NCBI GenBank assembly: GCA_030583805.1
Contig: CP129476.1
Span: 437,453 to 501,452 of the forward strand
Source: Patescibacteria group bacterium
GTDB lineage: Bacteria > Patescibacteriota > Patescibacteriia > SG8-24 > DYFX01
Direction: 5' to 3'
Length of the DNA: 64,000 nt
The notes under the pieces were generated by a model that ran no database searches, was not told the DNA's origin, and saw only the letters and a list, made by a program, of their open reading frames with translations. Of this stretch, positions 63,523-64,000 are shown in pieces. How positions within the stretch are numbered: the first letter of the stretch is position 1; every line of letters starts with the position of its first letter. The position numbers were made by a program, and so were the translations under genes.

Positions 63523-63837
63523 ATGGAAACTCCTAAGAACATTATCCGCGTGTCCGTGTCAGAAGCAGCCAGGCTTTTCGGGATTTCGACGCGCACGATC
63601 CGGCGCGCTTTGGCCGACGGCGAGGTCGCCTATGTGGTCGTTCGCGGAAGGTATAAACTGAACTTTGAGAGCCTCGTAAAGTGGTCGCAGGTGCGCCCGA
63701 CCGTGCGCAACAAGCTGGCGACCAACGGCATCGGACAATTCGTCGAGCACTGGAAGATCCGCAACAAATTGTACAGCCCGAACCCCAAGGCGTTCGAGGC
63801 GAAGGAGGAAGAGAAAAAGAAGGGGTCGAACGGTTGA
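63523..63837 (+). CDS. Small helix-turn-helix DNA-binding protein (excisionase/MerR-like HTH_17)
   Basis: VSVSEAARLFGISTRTIRRALADGEVAYVV fits an HTH motif. 104 aa; Lys/Glu-rich tail. Confidence 0.55.
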   Translation: METPKNIIRVSVSEAARLFGISTRTIRRALADGEVAYVVVRGRYKLNFESLVKWSQVRPTVRNKLATNGIGQFVEHWKIRNKLYSPNPKAFEAKEEEKKKGSNG

Positions 63838-63862
63838 CACGCGGCCTCAAATCTGGTACGCT
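63834..63862 (+). promoter_or_regulatory. Sigma70-like promoter TTGACA-N17-TACGCT
   Basis: TTGACA at 63834-39 (overlapping the HTH gene stop), TACGCT at 63857-62, downstream ATG at 63885. Confidence 0.3.
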
Positions 63863-63884
63863 CGGCTGTTTAAAAATACGCCTC

Positions 63885-64000
63885 ATGCTGAACGCGCGCG
63901 CCACCTCCGCACTCGCCTCTTTCACGATTCTCGCAATCGTGGGATTCAGCGTGCCGCGGCCGGCGGAAGCCGCCAGGACGCCGGCGGACAAATTCGTCCG
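63885..64000 (+). CDS. Partial CDS (N-terminus only) of a secreted protein
   Basis: ATG at 63885. Signal peptide MLNARATSALASFTILAIVGFSVPRPAEAARTP; runs off the window end. Confidence 0.35.
   Translation, partial: MLNARATSALASFTILAIVGFSVPRPAEAARTPADKFV

Overview
High-GC (roughly 60-65%) bacterial chromosomal segment with tightly packed genes, many joined by ATGA start/stop overlaps. This pattern fits a small-genome, probably monoderm lineage (Patescibacteria/CPR-like is only an inference). Many long ORFs in the six-frame track are Arg/Asp-rich antisense artefacts of high GC and were not called.

Main contents:
- Housekeeping genes: pyrH, xseA/xseB, cyclophilin, murG, ftsW, mraY, murA, pyrG, rpmA, cysteine desulfurase plus NifU-like, S41 Ctp protease, NUDIX.
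- A type IV pilus operon (pilB, pilC, three pilin-like genes, pilM/N/O) divergent from a reduced mraY-ftsW-X-murG division/cell-wall cluster.
- A low-GC islet (about 27.8-29.75 kb) with two tandem TrmB-family regulators and a candidate small RNA or small-protein unit delimited by a canonical promoter and an intrinsic terminator.
- A roughly 23 kb cell-surface locus (38.5-63.3 kb): RmlA-like nucleotidyltransferase, FdtA-like cupin, rmlB, rmlD, a UDP-xylose-synthase-like gene, two GT4, two GT2 (one polyprenyl-phosphate-sugar-synthase-like with its DUF2304 partner), a GT-C/PMT-like transferase, a CDP-alcohol phosphatidyltransferase, then an S8 peptidase and a 1245-aa Thr/Ser-rich secreted protein that share a roughly 135-aa domain, plus an ECF sigma/anti-sigma pair.
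- Smaller items: a 52-aa metallothionein-like Cys-rich ORF missed by the ORF track, a uridine-kinase-CYTH fusion, a TM0106-type RecB-like nuclease, and a palindromic operator overlapping the promoter of a small HTH gene.

All coordinates for non-ORF features are approximate (+/- 2 nt). At least one line-label inconsistency was noticed in the sequence text (see the pilin start at 20832).
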